Assembly: GCA_964531695.1 (NCBI GenBank)
Contig: CAZHEH010000001.1
Location: forward strand, 195,546 to 259,545
Source of the DNA: an uncultured Planctomycetaceae bacterium
GTDB lineage: Bacteria; Planctomycetota; Phycisphaerae; SM23-33
Reading direction: 5' to 3'
DNA: 64,000 nucleotides
Of this stretch, positions 27,270-36,836 are shown in pieces. Numbering within the stretch: position 1 is the first letter of the stretch; every line of letters begins with the position of its first letter. The position numbers and the translations under genes were made by a program. Under the pieces are notes generated by a model, which saw nothing but the letters and a program-made list of their open reading frames with translations, had not been told where the DNA came from and made no database searches.

Positions 27270-28802
27270 ATGCATCGCACGAAGACGCCGCTATGCCTGC
27301 TCGCGGCCCTCTGCCTGCTTTCCGCCGGGGCCCGCGCCGAGGACCCGCCCGCCAGCCGCTTCGGGACCGCGGACGGGCCGGCCGGCATGCTCCAAAGAGA
27401 GAACCATTACCTGCCGACCGACGTGACGTTTCGAGCGAACGGAGAACCGTTGGCCGTGGGAATCTCGCGAGTATCCCTCGACGCGCCGGGCGGCATCGCC
27501 GAGGCCGAGCAGGCACGCGCCCCCGACGAGGCCTCGGACTGCCGGCATACCACATCGCTACACCTGGCCGACGGGCGGACGATACGCGTGCACGTGATGA
27601 CCTCCCCCGGCCGCATGGAGCTGCACGTCGAGGGAGGCCAGCACGATGACACCCTCATGCTGCACCTGTCCGGCTGCGATCGCGCCGTCTGGCCGGGCGG
27701 GTCGGGGTTCCGGGCGGCCCGTCTGGTCGCGGGCGATGGGCCGATCCTGTCCGGACGAGCGACTGCGTTGCAGGACCGCCGCAGCCAGGACGGCCTGGTG
27801 CTCGTCGGGCCATCCCGATCGCGCATCCGGCCGTCGCCGGACGGCGCCCGCGTGCGGCTGCCGCTGGGCAGCGCCGAGGGCGACGTGTTTGCCATCGCCC
27901 GGTTCCGAGGCGACGCGATGCTCGCCATCGAGCAGGCCGCTCCCGACGCCAAAGCCCAAGCCGGACGACGGCCGGCAAAGGACGCCGCCCGCGAGCCGCG
28001 CGACCCGTTGGACATACCCCGCGACGAATGGGCCGACGCGCCGCAGCCGCGGAACGAGTGGCAATGGTGGTCCGGCACGGAACGGGCCTTTCGACCGTTG
28101 CTGGCCGACCCGCGCGAGGCCCGCGTACGGCTGGGCTGGCTGTACGACGCGCACGCGGAGAAGTTCTTCACGGCCGGGCTGGGCGGCGAACTGGTGGTCG
28201 CCCGTCGGGAGCTGGGGCCGGAGGAGGAACTGACATTCGGCCTGCGCGGGCTGATCATCAGCCGGCTCAACTCCTGCCGGTCCAGCTTCCCCATGTACAA
28301 CACGGACTTCTTCGGCGGCGTCTCGGCCGGGTACCGCCGCGGCGACGACGCCTTCGAGCTGTACCTCTACCACGAGAGCTCGCACTTGGGCGACGATGTG
28401 CCCGAGATCTCGCCGGTGCGGAAGATCGAGTTCAGCCGGGAGGCGCTGCGCCTGCTCTGGTCGCACGACTTCGGCGACCTCCGGGTCTACGGCGGCCCCA
28501 CGCTCAACCTTCGGGCCGAGCCCGAGGAAATCGAATGCTCCCCCACGCTCCAGCTCGGCGGCGAGTACCGCTGGAGCGCGTTCGGCCGGCCGTTCTATGC
28601 GGCCGCGGACGCTCAGTCCCGCGAGCACAACGACTGGCGCGTCAACATCGCCGCGCAGCTCGGTATGGAACTGGGCAAAGACCTGCCCGAGCGCCATCGA
28701 CCGCGGGTGTTCGTCGAATTCTTCAACGGCTTCTCCGAGATGGGCCAGTTCTGGGACGAGCGCGAGACGTACTTCATGGTCGGCTTCGGCTATGATTTCT
28801 GA
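27270..28802 (+). CDS. secreted hypothetical protein, putative outer-membrane beta-barrel
   Basis: Signal peptide 'LCLLAALCLLSAGARA'. C-terminal half shows alternating hydrophobic pattern and terminal 'VGFGYDF' (aromatic C-terminus typical of OMPs). Confidence 0.55.
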   Translation: MHRTKTPLCLLAALCLLSAGARAEDPPASRFGTADGPAGMLQRENHYLPTDVTFRANGEPLAVGISRVSLDAPGGIAEAEQARAPDEASDCRHTTSLHLADGRTIRVHVMTSPGRMELHVEGGQHDDTLMLHLSGCDRAVWPGGSGFRAARLVAGDGPILSGRATALQDRRSQDGLVLVGPSRSRIRPSPDGARVRLPLGSAEGDVFAIARFRGDAMLAIEQAAPDAKAQAGRRPAKDAAREPRDPLDIPRDEWADAPQPRNEWQWWSGTERAFRPLLADPREARVRLGWLYDAHAEKFFTAGLGGELVVARRELGPEEELTFGLRGLIISRLNSCRSSFPMYNTDFFGGVSAGYRRGDDAFELYLYHESSHLGDDVPEISPVRKIEFSREALRLLWSHDFGDLRVYGGPTLNLRAEPEEIECSPTLQLGGEYRWSAFGRPFYAAADAQSREHNDWRVNIAAQLGMELGKDLPERHRPRVFVEFFNGFSEMGQFWDERETYFMVGFGYDF

Positions 28803-28835
28803 CGAACGCCGCGCCCGCGAAGGAGCCCCAAACGC

Positions 28836-30884
28836 ATGAACACGGGCACCGTCGAGTTGCATGGGGAATCGATCCCCCTCACGGCCGCCGACACGATCAT
28901 CGTCGGGGCGGGCGCCGCGGGCATGAGCTGCGCGGTGCAGCTCGTGCGCTTCCGCCGGGCCCGAGGCATGCCCGAGCCCGAGCGGGGCGTGCTGGTCGTC
29001 ACCGGCGGGCTCGCGCTGGGGGCCAGCCGCATGAGCGGCTCGGATAAGCAGACGTACTACAAAATGGGCTCGTCGCCGCGGGTTCCCGATTCCGCCGAGG
29101 ACTGTGCGGAGGCCCTGACGCGATCGGGCTGCTGCCACGGGGATACGGCTCTGGTCGAGGGCGTCTGCTCGCCGCGGGCCTTCTACAACCTGGTGGAGCT
29201 GGGCGTGCCGTTCCCGCACGACGCGGACGGAGCGTTCATCGGCTACAAGACCGACCACGACCCGCGCGAGCGCGCCACCTCCGCCGGCCCGAAGACCAGC
29301 CGAATCATGGCCGAGCGGCACCAGGAAGAGGCCGAGCGCCTCGGTGTACGGATCATCGACCGCCACCCGGTCATCGAGCTCATCACGTCCGGCGACGGCC
29401 CCGACCGGCGGATCGTCGGAATGCTCTGCTTCGACCTCGGCAGCGCAGACACGCGCTATGCCTGCTTCACGGCCCGGCATTGGGTGCTCGCCGCCGGCGG
29501 GCCGGGCGAGATCTACGAGCAGACGGTCTACCCCCGGGGGCAGATCGGCCTGATCGGCCCGGCGCTGCGGGCCGGCCTGACGGCCTGCAATCTCACGGAG
29601 AGCCAGTTCGGCCTGGCCAGCACGAAGTTCCGGTGGAACGTCTCCGGCACATACATGCAGGTGATCCCGCGGATCCTCTCGACGGCCGCGGACGGAGCGA
29701 GCGAGCCGCGCGATTTCCTTAACGAGTACTTCCCCGACCTGGCGACGATGGCGACGGACATCTTCCTGAAGGGCTACCAGTGGCCCTTCGACGCACGGCG
29801 GATCACGGGGCACGGCTCATCGCTGATCGACATGGCCGTGCACCGCGAGACGGTCGTCCGTGGTCGCCGCGTATGGATGGACTTCCTGAGCAATCCGGTC
29901 GGCGGCGAGGAGGCGGACGAGTTCCACATCTCCGGGCTTGGCGACGAGGCGGTCGAGTACCTGGAAGCGACCGGCGCTCTCCAGGGCACGCCGATCGAGC
30001 GGCTGGCGCACATGAACCCGCCCGCCATCGACATTTACGCCGAGAACGATATCGACCTGTGGAACGAGCCGCTGGAGATCGCCCTCTGCGCCCAGCACAT
30101 GAACGGCGGCTTCGCGGTGGACACTTGGTGGCGCAGCCGCATTCCCGGCACGTTCGTCATCGGCGAGATGGCCGGCACGCACGGCGTGAAGCGGCCGGGC
30201 GGGGCGGCGCTCAACGCCGGGCAGGTCGGCGCGATGCGCGCGGCTGAGTACATCGCGGGGGTATGCGAGCCGGACGAGCCCTCCGCAGCCGACGCGGCGC
30301 CGGTGCTTTCAGAGGCGATCGTCCGCACGCTGGAATGGATCGAGCAGCTCACGGCCGGGGCAGGCGGACCGACTCGGACGCCCGATGAGGCCATGGGCGA
30401 GATCGGCCGGCGGATGACCCGCTACGGCGCCCATCTTCGGTCACGGGACGGCGCCCGGCGCGCCCTCGACGAGGCGCTCCGGCTCGACCGGGAACTCGGG
30501 CAAACCGGCCTGAAGCTCTCCGAGCGGGGCGAGCTGCCCAAGGCCGTGGAGGCCGTACAGCAGTGCCTGGCGCACGTGGCGATCCTCAAGGCCATTTGCG
30601 CGATCCTGGAGCGCGATGCGGGCAGCCGCGGCAGCCACTGCATCCTCGACCCGTCGGGCGAGCCGATGCACCCGTACCTGACCGACCCGGAGACGGGCGC
30701 GCCGTACCGCTTCCTGCCCGAGAACGAATCGCTACGCGAGGAGATCCTGCACCTGGCTTACGATCCGTGCGCCGAGGACCTCTTTGGGACGTGGGTCGAG
30801 CCGCCGCGCCCGATGCCCCGGCGAGACGCCGCCTTCGAGACCGCGTGGCGCGATTACCGCGACGGGGCGATCTTCGATACCTAG
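28836..30884 (+). CDS. FAD-dependent oxidoreductase (succinate dehydrogenase/fumarate reductase/L-aspartate oxidase flavoprotein-like)
   Basis: N-terminal Rossmann 'IIVGAGAAGMSCA', FAD-binding flavoprotein fold features, 'GEMAGTHG' near the C-terminal FAD contact. Confidence 0.7.
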   Translation: MNTGTVELHGESIPLTAADTIIVGAGAAGMSCAVQLVRFRRARGMPEPERGVLVVTGGLALGASRMSGSDKQTYYKMGSSPRVPDSAEDCAEALTRSGCCHGDTALVEGVCSPRAFYNLVELGVPFPHDADGAFIGYKTDHDPRERATSAGPKTSRIMAERHQEEAERLGVRIIDRHPVIELITSGDGPDRRIVGMLCFDLGSADTRYACFTARHWVLAAGGPGEIYEQTVYPRGQIGLIGPALRAGLTACNLTESQFGLASTKFRWNVSGTYMQVIPRILSTAADGASEPRDFLNEYFPDLATMATDIFLKGYQWPFDARRITGHGSSLIDMAVHRETVVRGRRVWMDFLSNPVGGEEADEFHISGLGDEAVEYLEATGALQGTPIERLAHMNPPAIDIYAENDIDLWNEPLEIALCAQHMNGGFAVDTWWRSRIPGTFVIGEMAGTHGVKRPGGAALNAGQVGAMRAAEYIAGVCEPDEPSAADAAPVLSEAIVRTLEWIEQLTAGAGGPTRTPDEAMGEIGRRMTRYGAHLRSRDGARRALDEALRLDRELGQTGLKLSERGELPKAVEAVQQCLAHVAILKAICAILERDAGSRGSHCILDPSGEPMHPYLTDPETGAPYRFLPENESLREEILHLAYDPCAEDLFGTWVEPPRPMPRRDAAFETAWRDYRDGAIFDT

Positions 30885-30887
30885 TCC

Positions 30888-31472
30888 ATGCACCTCGGGC
30901 ACGTTCTGGCACTGGCCGTCGGGCTTGGCGCGGACGCCATGAGCGTTTCCGCCGCCATCGGCGTTCGCTGGCACGGCCACCGCAGAGCGCTGCGTCTGGC
31001 GTGGCATATGGGGCTGTTCCAATTCGGAATGCCGCTTGTCGGCTGGCTGTGCGGCCGGCAACTCGCGGGCGTCCTGTTGCGTGCGGGCCGGTATGTCGGG
31101 ACGGCTCTGCTGCTGGTGATCGGCGGGAAGATGCTCATCGAGGCGTGGCGGTCGAGACCGGGCTCCGTGGCGGAATCCGTGGAACACAGCGCCGAGCGAC
31201 ACATCCGGAAGGCCGACCCGACCCGCGGTTGGTCGCTGATCGGACTATCGGTGGCGGCCAGCGTCGACGCTCTCGTGGCGGGATTCTCGCTGGCAGTCGC
31301 GGGGAACGAATCCATCTGGCTCAACGCCCTGGTCATCGGTCTCACGGCCGGGGCGATGTCACTCGTGGGGGTTGCGATCGGCCGACGTGCGGGACGGGCC
31401 TTCGGCCGCGCCGCCGAGTTCGGCGGAGCGCTGGCCCTGATCTGCGTTGCTCTGAGCTTCCTCTGGCTGTGA
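30888..31472 (+). CDS. mntP: manganese efflux pump MntP (DUF204/YebN family)
   Basis: Duplicated DUF204 halves: 'LGADAMSVSAAIG' and 'LSVAASVDALVAGFSLA'. About 190 aa, 6 TM. Confidence 0.85.
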   Translation: MHLGHVLALAVGLGADAMSVSAAIGVRWHGHRRALRLAWHMGLFQFGMPLVGWLCGRQLAGVLLRAGRYVGTALLLVIGGKMLIEAWRSRPGSVAESVEHSAERHIRKADPTRGWSLIGLSVAASVDALVAGFSLAVAGNESIWLNALVIGLTAGAMSLVGVAIGRRAGRAFGRAAEFGGALALICVALSFLWL

Positions 31473-31475
31473 GGG

Positions 31476-32030
31476 CTACCTGCGCCTGAGCAACAGCAGC
31501 GCGCCGGTGCCGAGCAGCAGCAAGCTCGCCGGCTCCGGCACCGGGCTCGGGGCGGCCGGGCTGTCGCCCGCCGGTTCCGGTATGGGCAACGGCGTCGCGG
31601 GCTCGTACTCGCACAAGCCGAAGTCGGAATCCAGCCGCTCCCAGCGCCGGGGCGGCTCGCGCGGCGCCTCCGACGCGCCGATCCGGATCGGCGGCGCGTA
31701 GACCGCGATGTCGGTACTCAGCAAACCGCCGAAGCCGACCCGGACGTTATGCTCCCGTCGCGCAAAGTGCATCACGACGTAGCCCGTCGGGTTCACTTCG
31801 TCCGTGCGAACGTCCAGGAAGCCGTCCTTGTCAGAATCCGGCAAGAGCCCCGTGTGAGTAAGGAGTTCCGTCTCGGATTTGTCCGAGCTGAAGCGGCCCA
31901 GACTCGCCGCGACCCCGCCGGAGACCGTCATCGACGCGGGATCCGCATACTCGACGGGAAGCAAGTCGGCCGGCGCGGTGGCCGTCAGCGCGGCCGCCAC
32001 AACCGGCACGATGAGTATTCTGCAACGCAT
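31476..32030 (-). CDS. PEP-CTERM sorting-domain secreted protein
   Basis: Signal peptide. C-terminus 'VPEPASLLLLGTGALLLLRRR' is a PEP motif followed by a TM helix and Arg cluster. Confidence 0.75.
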   Translation of the reverse strand: MRCRILIVPVVAAALTATAPADLLPVEYADPASMTVSGGVAASLGRFSSDKSETELLTHTGLLPDSDKDGFLDVRTDEVNPTGYVVMHFARREHNVRVGFGGLLSTDIAVYAPPIRIGASEAPREPPRRWERLDSDFGLCEYEPATPLPIPEPAGDSPAAPSPVPEPASLLLLGTGALLLLRRR

Positions 32031-32213
32031 GGCTGGCTCCGCTCTCGCCCTCAGACGGCAACGGGCGGCTGGAATTACGGTCCGGCGCGCGGCGGCCCGC
32101 CGCCGATTCCGGCGTACCGGCCACCGCAGGGGAACCCTACGATTCCGCCGGAGCGCAAGCCAAGCGCCGAGGCAAGCGTGCGGCTTGAGATGAGTGAGGA
32201 CGCCGGCGCCCGT

Positions 32214-32873
32214 CTATCGGGCCGCCAGAAGTTGCGACATGCGCGCCGCGATGTCGGCGGCCAGGCGGGCCTCCAGCGCGTTATCACGGCCGAGAGGCGC
32301 GACGGAGGCGACCCTCGTCGGACGGGCGGGCAGGTCGCCAGCCACATCCTGAACCGGGTAAGCACGCAACTCGCGTTCGGCGCGACCCGTGTACAGATCG
32401 CGCGCCTGGGAGGTGCTCGTAACGGCCGGCACGGGGCGGTCCGACCGGGAGACCTCCACGCGAACCAATGCCTGGTACCCCGCCTCGTCGCCTTCCGCCG
32501 GGGAGATCTCCACGCGGGCGGTGCGGTAGAAGGTGTGCAGTGCCGACTCGGCCAATTGGTCAGAGGTGGTGACGTCCTTGCGCCAGAATTCCGCGGGGTA
32601 CATGGACGTCATGCGCTTCGTCTCGATCGTCCCGCTACGACGGTCCGACCAGTCCACTTCGAAACGGTACTCCCGAAGGACATCCATGGACGCCCGCCAC
32701 GCCGCCTCAAAGCGATACTCTTCCGCCGTCAACTCCCGGTCTTCCGTGGGGATTCCCGGTCGCTGACACCCCCCCACCGCGACCGCAACGGCTGCGACGC
32801 AGCCAAGCCAGACCCAGCCGATGGCGATCCGCGCCGGACGATAGTTCCGCTTGAGCCCTTGCATGGCGGGCAT
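32214..32873 (-). CDS. hypothetical lipoprotein
   Basis: Signal peptide with lipobox ('AVGGC'). No recognised domain. Confidence 0.5.
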   Translation of the reverse strand: MPAMQGLKRNYRPARIAIGWVWLGCVAAVAVAVGGCQRPGIPTEDRELTAEEYRFEAAWRASMDVLREYRFEVDWSDRRSGTIETKRMTSMYPAEFWRKDVTTSDQLAESALHTFYRTARVEISPAEGDEAGYQALVRVEVSRSDRPVPAVTSTSQARDLYTGRAERELRAYPVQDVAGDLPARPTRVASVAPLGRDNALEARLAADIAARMSQLLAAR

Positions 32874-33095
32874 TGTATCGTACGTTCCCGGTAGAACAAG
32901 CTACAACCTGGAGCCGGGCCTCCCCCTGCCCGGCGCCAATGCCCCCAGCCCCGGTGGCTCCCCGCCCGCCTCCGGGGCGTTCTTTTGCGCGGTTGCGCGG
33001 CCTTCCGCAACAGGGCGGCTCGGCGGTATCATGTCCAGCATTCGGCGTGGCGGCCCGGGGTCACCTGCACGGGCGACCGCGCCCGGAGGATCCCC

Positions 33096-33680
33096 ATGCG
33101 CATCGTGGCCGGAGCGTACAAGGGGCGGAACCTGCTCTCCCCGCCCAAGGGCGCCGTGACGCGTCCCATCACCGGCATGGCCAAGGAATCGCTGTTTCAG
33201 ATTCTCGCCCCGCGGATGCCGGATGCGGTGGTGGCGGACCTCTACAGCGGCACGGGCACGCTCGGGCTCGAAGCCCTCTCGCGCGGGGCCGCCCTGGCGT
33301 GCTTCGCCGAACGGGCCGCCGGGGTAGTGGCACGGCTGCGGCGGAACATCGAGCAACTCGGGGTGGAGGAGCGCTGCATCGTCTGGCGGGGGAACGTCGA
33401 GACGCAACTGGCCCGGTGGCTGTCGGAGCTGTCCCGACCGGTGGACGTGGCCTTCGTGGACCCGCCCTACGCGGCCGCACGCCGCTGGGACTGGGCCCAA
33501 GCCGAGCGGCGGCTCTTCGACCCGTTGGCGGCGGCGCTGTCGCCGGAAGGCACGGTGGCGCTGCGTCTTCCGGCCGACGTGGTAATCCCGGAGCGGGTCG
33601 GAGCTCTGGCCGTCGGCCGCATGAAGCAGTACGGTGACATGACGGTGGCACTGCTCCGCGCCGCGGAGGAAGGCGGCTGA
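33096..33680 (+). CDS. rsmD: 16S rRNA (guanine966-N2)-methyltransferase
   Basis: N-terminal 'MRIVAGAYKGRNL', SAM motif 'DLYSGTGTLGLEALSRGA', catalytic 'DPPY'. GGAGGA RBS 5 nt upstream of ATG 33096. Confidence 0.82.
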   Translation: MRIVAGAYKGRNLLSPPKGAVTRPITGMAKESLFQILAPRMPDAVVADLYSGTGTLGLEALSRGAALACFAERAAGVVARLRRNIEQLGVEERCIVWRGNVETQLARWLSELSRPVDVAFVDPPYAAARRWDWAQAERRLFDPLAAALSPEGTVALRLPADVVIPERVGALAVGRMKQYGDMTVALLRAAEEGG

Positions 33681-33683
33681 TCC

Positions 33684-34586
33684 ATGGCAAAATCGTCGTA
33701 CACGTACTTCGAGCCGGACAAGATCGCCCGGCTGCGGAACCTGAGCTTGGTCGCACGATCGGCCGTGGAGGGGTTCATCTCGGGCCTGCACCGGAGCCCC
33801 CACCGCGGCTTTTCGGTCGAGTTCACAGAGCACCGCGAGTACGCCCCCGGAGATGACATCCGCCACCTCGACTGGGTCGCCTGGGGACGCTCGGACCGCT
33901 ACTACATCAAGCAGTACGAGCAGGAGACGAACCTGCGAGCCCACATCCTGCTGGACGTCAGCGCCTCGATGAACTACCGCCATGAGACGGAGCTGACGAA
34001 GTTCGGCTACGGCTGCTTCCTGGCTGCCTGCCTGAGCTATCTCATGTGCCGGCAACAGGATGCGGTGGGGATGATCGCCTTCGACGAGACCACACGGTTC
34101 CACCTGTCCCCGGCCTCGACGCCGGCGCATCTGGACCGGATCTTCAAGCGGCTCGAGATGCTCCGCCCCGGCAATCGCACCGCCCTGGCAGGTACGTTCC
34201 ACCAGCTCGCCCAGCGGATCGCCAAGCGCGGGCTCGTGGTGGTCATCTCCGACCTATACGACGACCAGGACGAGATCCTCCGCGCCCTCCAGCACTTCGT
34301 CTACAAGAAGCATCAGATCATCGTATTCCACGTGCTCGACCCCGCCGAGCTGGCGTTCCCTTTCGAGCGGATGAAGTCGTTCGTGGACATGGAGACCGGC
34401 GAGCGCGTGCAGGCCGACCCGCGACAGGTCAGAGACGCCTACGTGGAGGAGATCAACGCCTTCATCGAGCGGTACCGGCGCGAGTGTTCCGAGCGGAACA
34501 TCGAGTACGTCGTCGCCCGGACGGATGAACCCTACGACCGCATGCTGCTGCGCTACCTGTCGCGGCGGAGGACGGCGCTGCGATGA
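33684..34586 (+). CDS. DUF58 domain protein (MoxR-associated vWA-like)
   Basis: Hallmark 'FTEHREYAPGDDIRHLDWVAWGRSDRYYIKQYEQE'. Starts 3 nt downstream of rsmD. Confidence 0.72.
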   Translation: MAKSSYTYFEPDKIARLRNLSLVARSAVEGFISGLHRSPHRGFSVEFTEHREYAPGDDIRHLDWVAWGRSDRYYIKQYEQETNLRAHILLDVSASMNYRHETELTKFGYGCFLAACLSYLMCRQQDAVGMIAFDETTRFHLSPASTPAHLDRIFKRLEMLRPGNRTALAGTFHQLAQRIAKRGLVVVISDLYDDQDEILRALQHFVYKKHQIIVFHVLDPAELAFPFERMKSFVDMETGERVQADPRQVRDAYVEEINAFIERYRRECSERNIEYVVARTDEPYDRMLLRYLSRRRTALR

Positions 34587-36829
34587 TGCTCGGACTCACG
34601 TTCACAACACCCGCACTGCTGATCGGCACAGTCGCCGCGCTGATCCCCGTGGCGCTGCACCTGCTCTCCAGCGCGCGGGCGCGGGAAGTGCCGTTCCCCA
34701 CCGTGCGATTCCTCCAACGAAGCATGCGGCGAACGGCGCGGCGCCGCCGCATACGCAACTGGCTGCTCCTGCTGCTGCGAGCCGCGCTCTTGGGGTTCCT
34801 CGCTTTCGCCGTCGCCGAGCCCAAGTCCGTGGTCCGGGCCGGGGCGCCCACCGGGCCGCGGCCCTACGCGGCAGTGCTGATCTTGGACAACAGCTTCTCG
34901 ATGGCGGCACGGGTCGATCCGGCCCGGCCGGACTCGGCGAGCTTGTTCGACCGCGCCCGCGCCACCGCGGCAAAGCTTCTCCGATCGGATGCCCCGCCCG
35001 CACAGGCCGCGATCCTGACAACCTGCCACCCGCCCGGCACCGACGCCGCGCCGCCGCAACGACTCCGCCGCCAAGTCGAAGAGCTGGAGGTGACCTTGGC
35101 GGGCATGGACGCGCCGAGCGGCGGGCCCGATCGGCTCCGCGCCCGACTGCGCGACGCGGCCGAGCTTCTGAGCCGCGCCGAGCACGAGGAGCGAATCGTC
35201 TACCTGTTCACTGACGCGCAAGCTACTTCCCATGATGGACTTACCAGCATCCCTGCCTTGGAGGCGGTCGGGGCGCGACTCGCGATAATCCGACCGTTCG
35301 ACGCGCCGCCGCCCAACGCAGCGGTGACCGACCTGGCCGCGTCCGGCGCGGCCGTGCCGGGCCGGCCGCTGGAGATTTCGGCGACGGTGCAAAACTTCTC
35401 GCCCATGCCCGTTCGCCTGACGGCGGAACTGTGGATAGACAATGCGTCCCAGCCGGCCGGGAGCCGGACCGTCCTGCTCCCGGCTGCCGGCAACGAGTCA
35501 GCGCGACAAGACGTGAAGTTCGCCTACATGCCGGAGACCGTCGGGCCGCTGACCGGCCGCGTGCGCATCGCCCCGGCCGGCACCGACACGCTCGACGCCT
35601 TACCTCTCGACGACGAGCTGGCCTTCAGCGTCGAGATTCGGGACCGTGCGCGAGTGGTCGTGGTGCATGGCCCGAGCGGGCGAACCGACCCGCCGCAGAA
35701 CGCGCCGTCCGCCCTCTTGCGCAGCGCGCTTGCCCCATTCGCGGGTACAGATCGCCCCTGGGCGGTCTCGCTCCTGCCGGCCGAGGGCATCAACGCGGCG
35801 GCCTTCGAGCCGCGGCACCTGGCCGGGATGGATGCCGCCTTCTTCGCCGATGTTCCCAGCTTCACGCCGGAGCAGGCGGAGGCCGTCGCCGACTTCGTGA
35901 AGCGCGGCGGGCGGGCCGCGTTCTTCCCCGGCCCGCGCGTGGACGTGGCCAACTACAACGCACTGCTCAGCCCCGAAGGCGCCGGCCTGCTGCCGGGCAT
36001 GATCCAACCGGCGACCGGCGCGGTCGGCCCAAGCGGAACGGGCCGGCTCTCCCGCCGCTCCGACGGCACCCATCCGCTGCTGACCGGACTGTACGACGAT
36101 GCCTCCCGCTATCCGCGCGTGGAGGTCATGCGGCACTACCCCATCGAGCTTCGCAAGCCCGAGGCGGACGTCGCACTTCGGCACGCGGCCGCGCGGGCGG
36201 GCGATGGCGGCGACCCGCTGATCGTCACCTGCCCGGCCGGGCGCGGGCATGTGCTGCTCAGCGCGATCCCCGCCACTCGCGTGTGGAGCAACCTGCCCGC
36301 CCGGCACATCTTCCTGCCGATGGTGGTACACCTGGCCATCGGGCGCGGGATCGAGTCGCTGTCCGTCGGCCTGTACGAGACCGGTGCGGCCGCCGTCCTG
36401 CCCGTCCCCTCGGCAACCGAGCGCGTGACCGTAACCCCGCCCGAAGGCCGTGCCGTCCCCGCCGAGCTGCGGGACGGGCGGGCCGTATTCGGCGAAACCT
36501 GGCGCCTCGGGCGATATGAATGGGCCGCGACGACCGAGGACGGCGCCCGAGTGGCAGGAGGAGCGTTCCACGTGCATCTGCCCGCGAGAGAGTCGGACCT
36601 CAGATCGGCGCCCGAGGAGGAGTTGGCCGCCGCGTTGGACGCGGCCGGCGTCCGGGCCGCGCATATCGGTGCGGCTCTGCCGGACTGGCCAAGCCGGCGG
36701 ACCGAAGCCGCCTCGCCCCCGCCGCGGCTGTGGTGGGACCTCGTGCTGATGGGCGTGATCCTGCTTCTGGTGACCGAGTCGATTGTGGCAAACCGCCGCC
36801 GCTCGGCCGCGCCGCGGCCCGCCGCGTGA
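34583..36829 (+). CDS. BatA-like membrane protein (N-terminal double-TM domain, large periplasmic/extracytoplasmic region, C-terminal TM)
   Basis: ATGA overlap with the DUF58 gene. N-terminal 'PALLIGTVAALIPVALHLL...FPTVRFLQ...LLLLLRAALLGFLAFAVAEP' typical of BatA-type anchors. C-terminal hydrophobic helix 'WWDLVLMGVILLLVTESIV'. Confidence 0.55.
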   Translation: MMLGLTFTTPALLIGTVAALIPVALHLLSSARAREVPFPTVRFLQRSMRRTARRRRIRNWLLLLLRAALLGFLAFAVAEPKSVVRAGAPTGPRPYAAVLILDNSFSMAARVDPARPDSASLFDRARATAAKLLRSDAPPAQAAILTTCHPPGTDAAPPQRLRRQVEELEVTLAGMDAPSGGPDRLRARLRDAAELLSRAEHEERIVYLFTDAQATSHDGLTSIPALEAVGARLAIIRPFDAPPPNAAVTDLAASGAAVPGRPLEISATVQNFSPMPVRLTAELWIDNASQPAGSRTVLLPAAGNESARQDVKFAYMPETVGPLTGRVRIAPAGTDTLDALPLDDELAFSVEIRDRARVVVVHGPSGRTDPPQNAPSALLRSALAPFAGTDRPWAVSLLPAEGINAAAFEPRHLAGMDAAFFADVPSFTPEQAEAVADFVKRGGRAAFFPGPRVDVANYNALLSPEGAGLLPGMIQPATGAVGPSGTGRLSRRSDGTHPLLTGLYDDASRYPRVEVMRHYPIELRKPEADVALRHAAARAGDGGDPLIVTCPAGRGHVLLSAIPATRVWSNLPARHIFLPMVVHLAIGRGIESLSVGLYETGAAAVLPVPSATERVTVTPPEGRAVPAELRDGRAVFGETWRLGRYEWAATTEDGARVAGGAFHVHLPARESDLRSAPEEELAAALDAAGVRAAHIGAALPDWPSRRTEAASPPPRLWWDLVLMGVILLLVTESIVANRRRSAAPRPAA

Positions 36830-36836
36830 GCGCCCC

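Noticed and set aside
27558-29813. 751-aa minus-strand ORF antisense to the OMP-like and FAD oxidoreductase genes
   Set aside because: Antisense GC artefact. The plus-strand genes have a signal peptide and Rossmann motif respectively.
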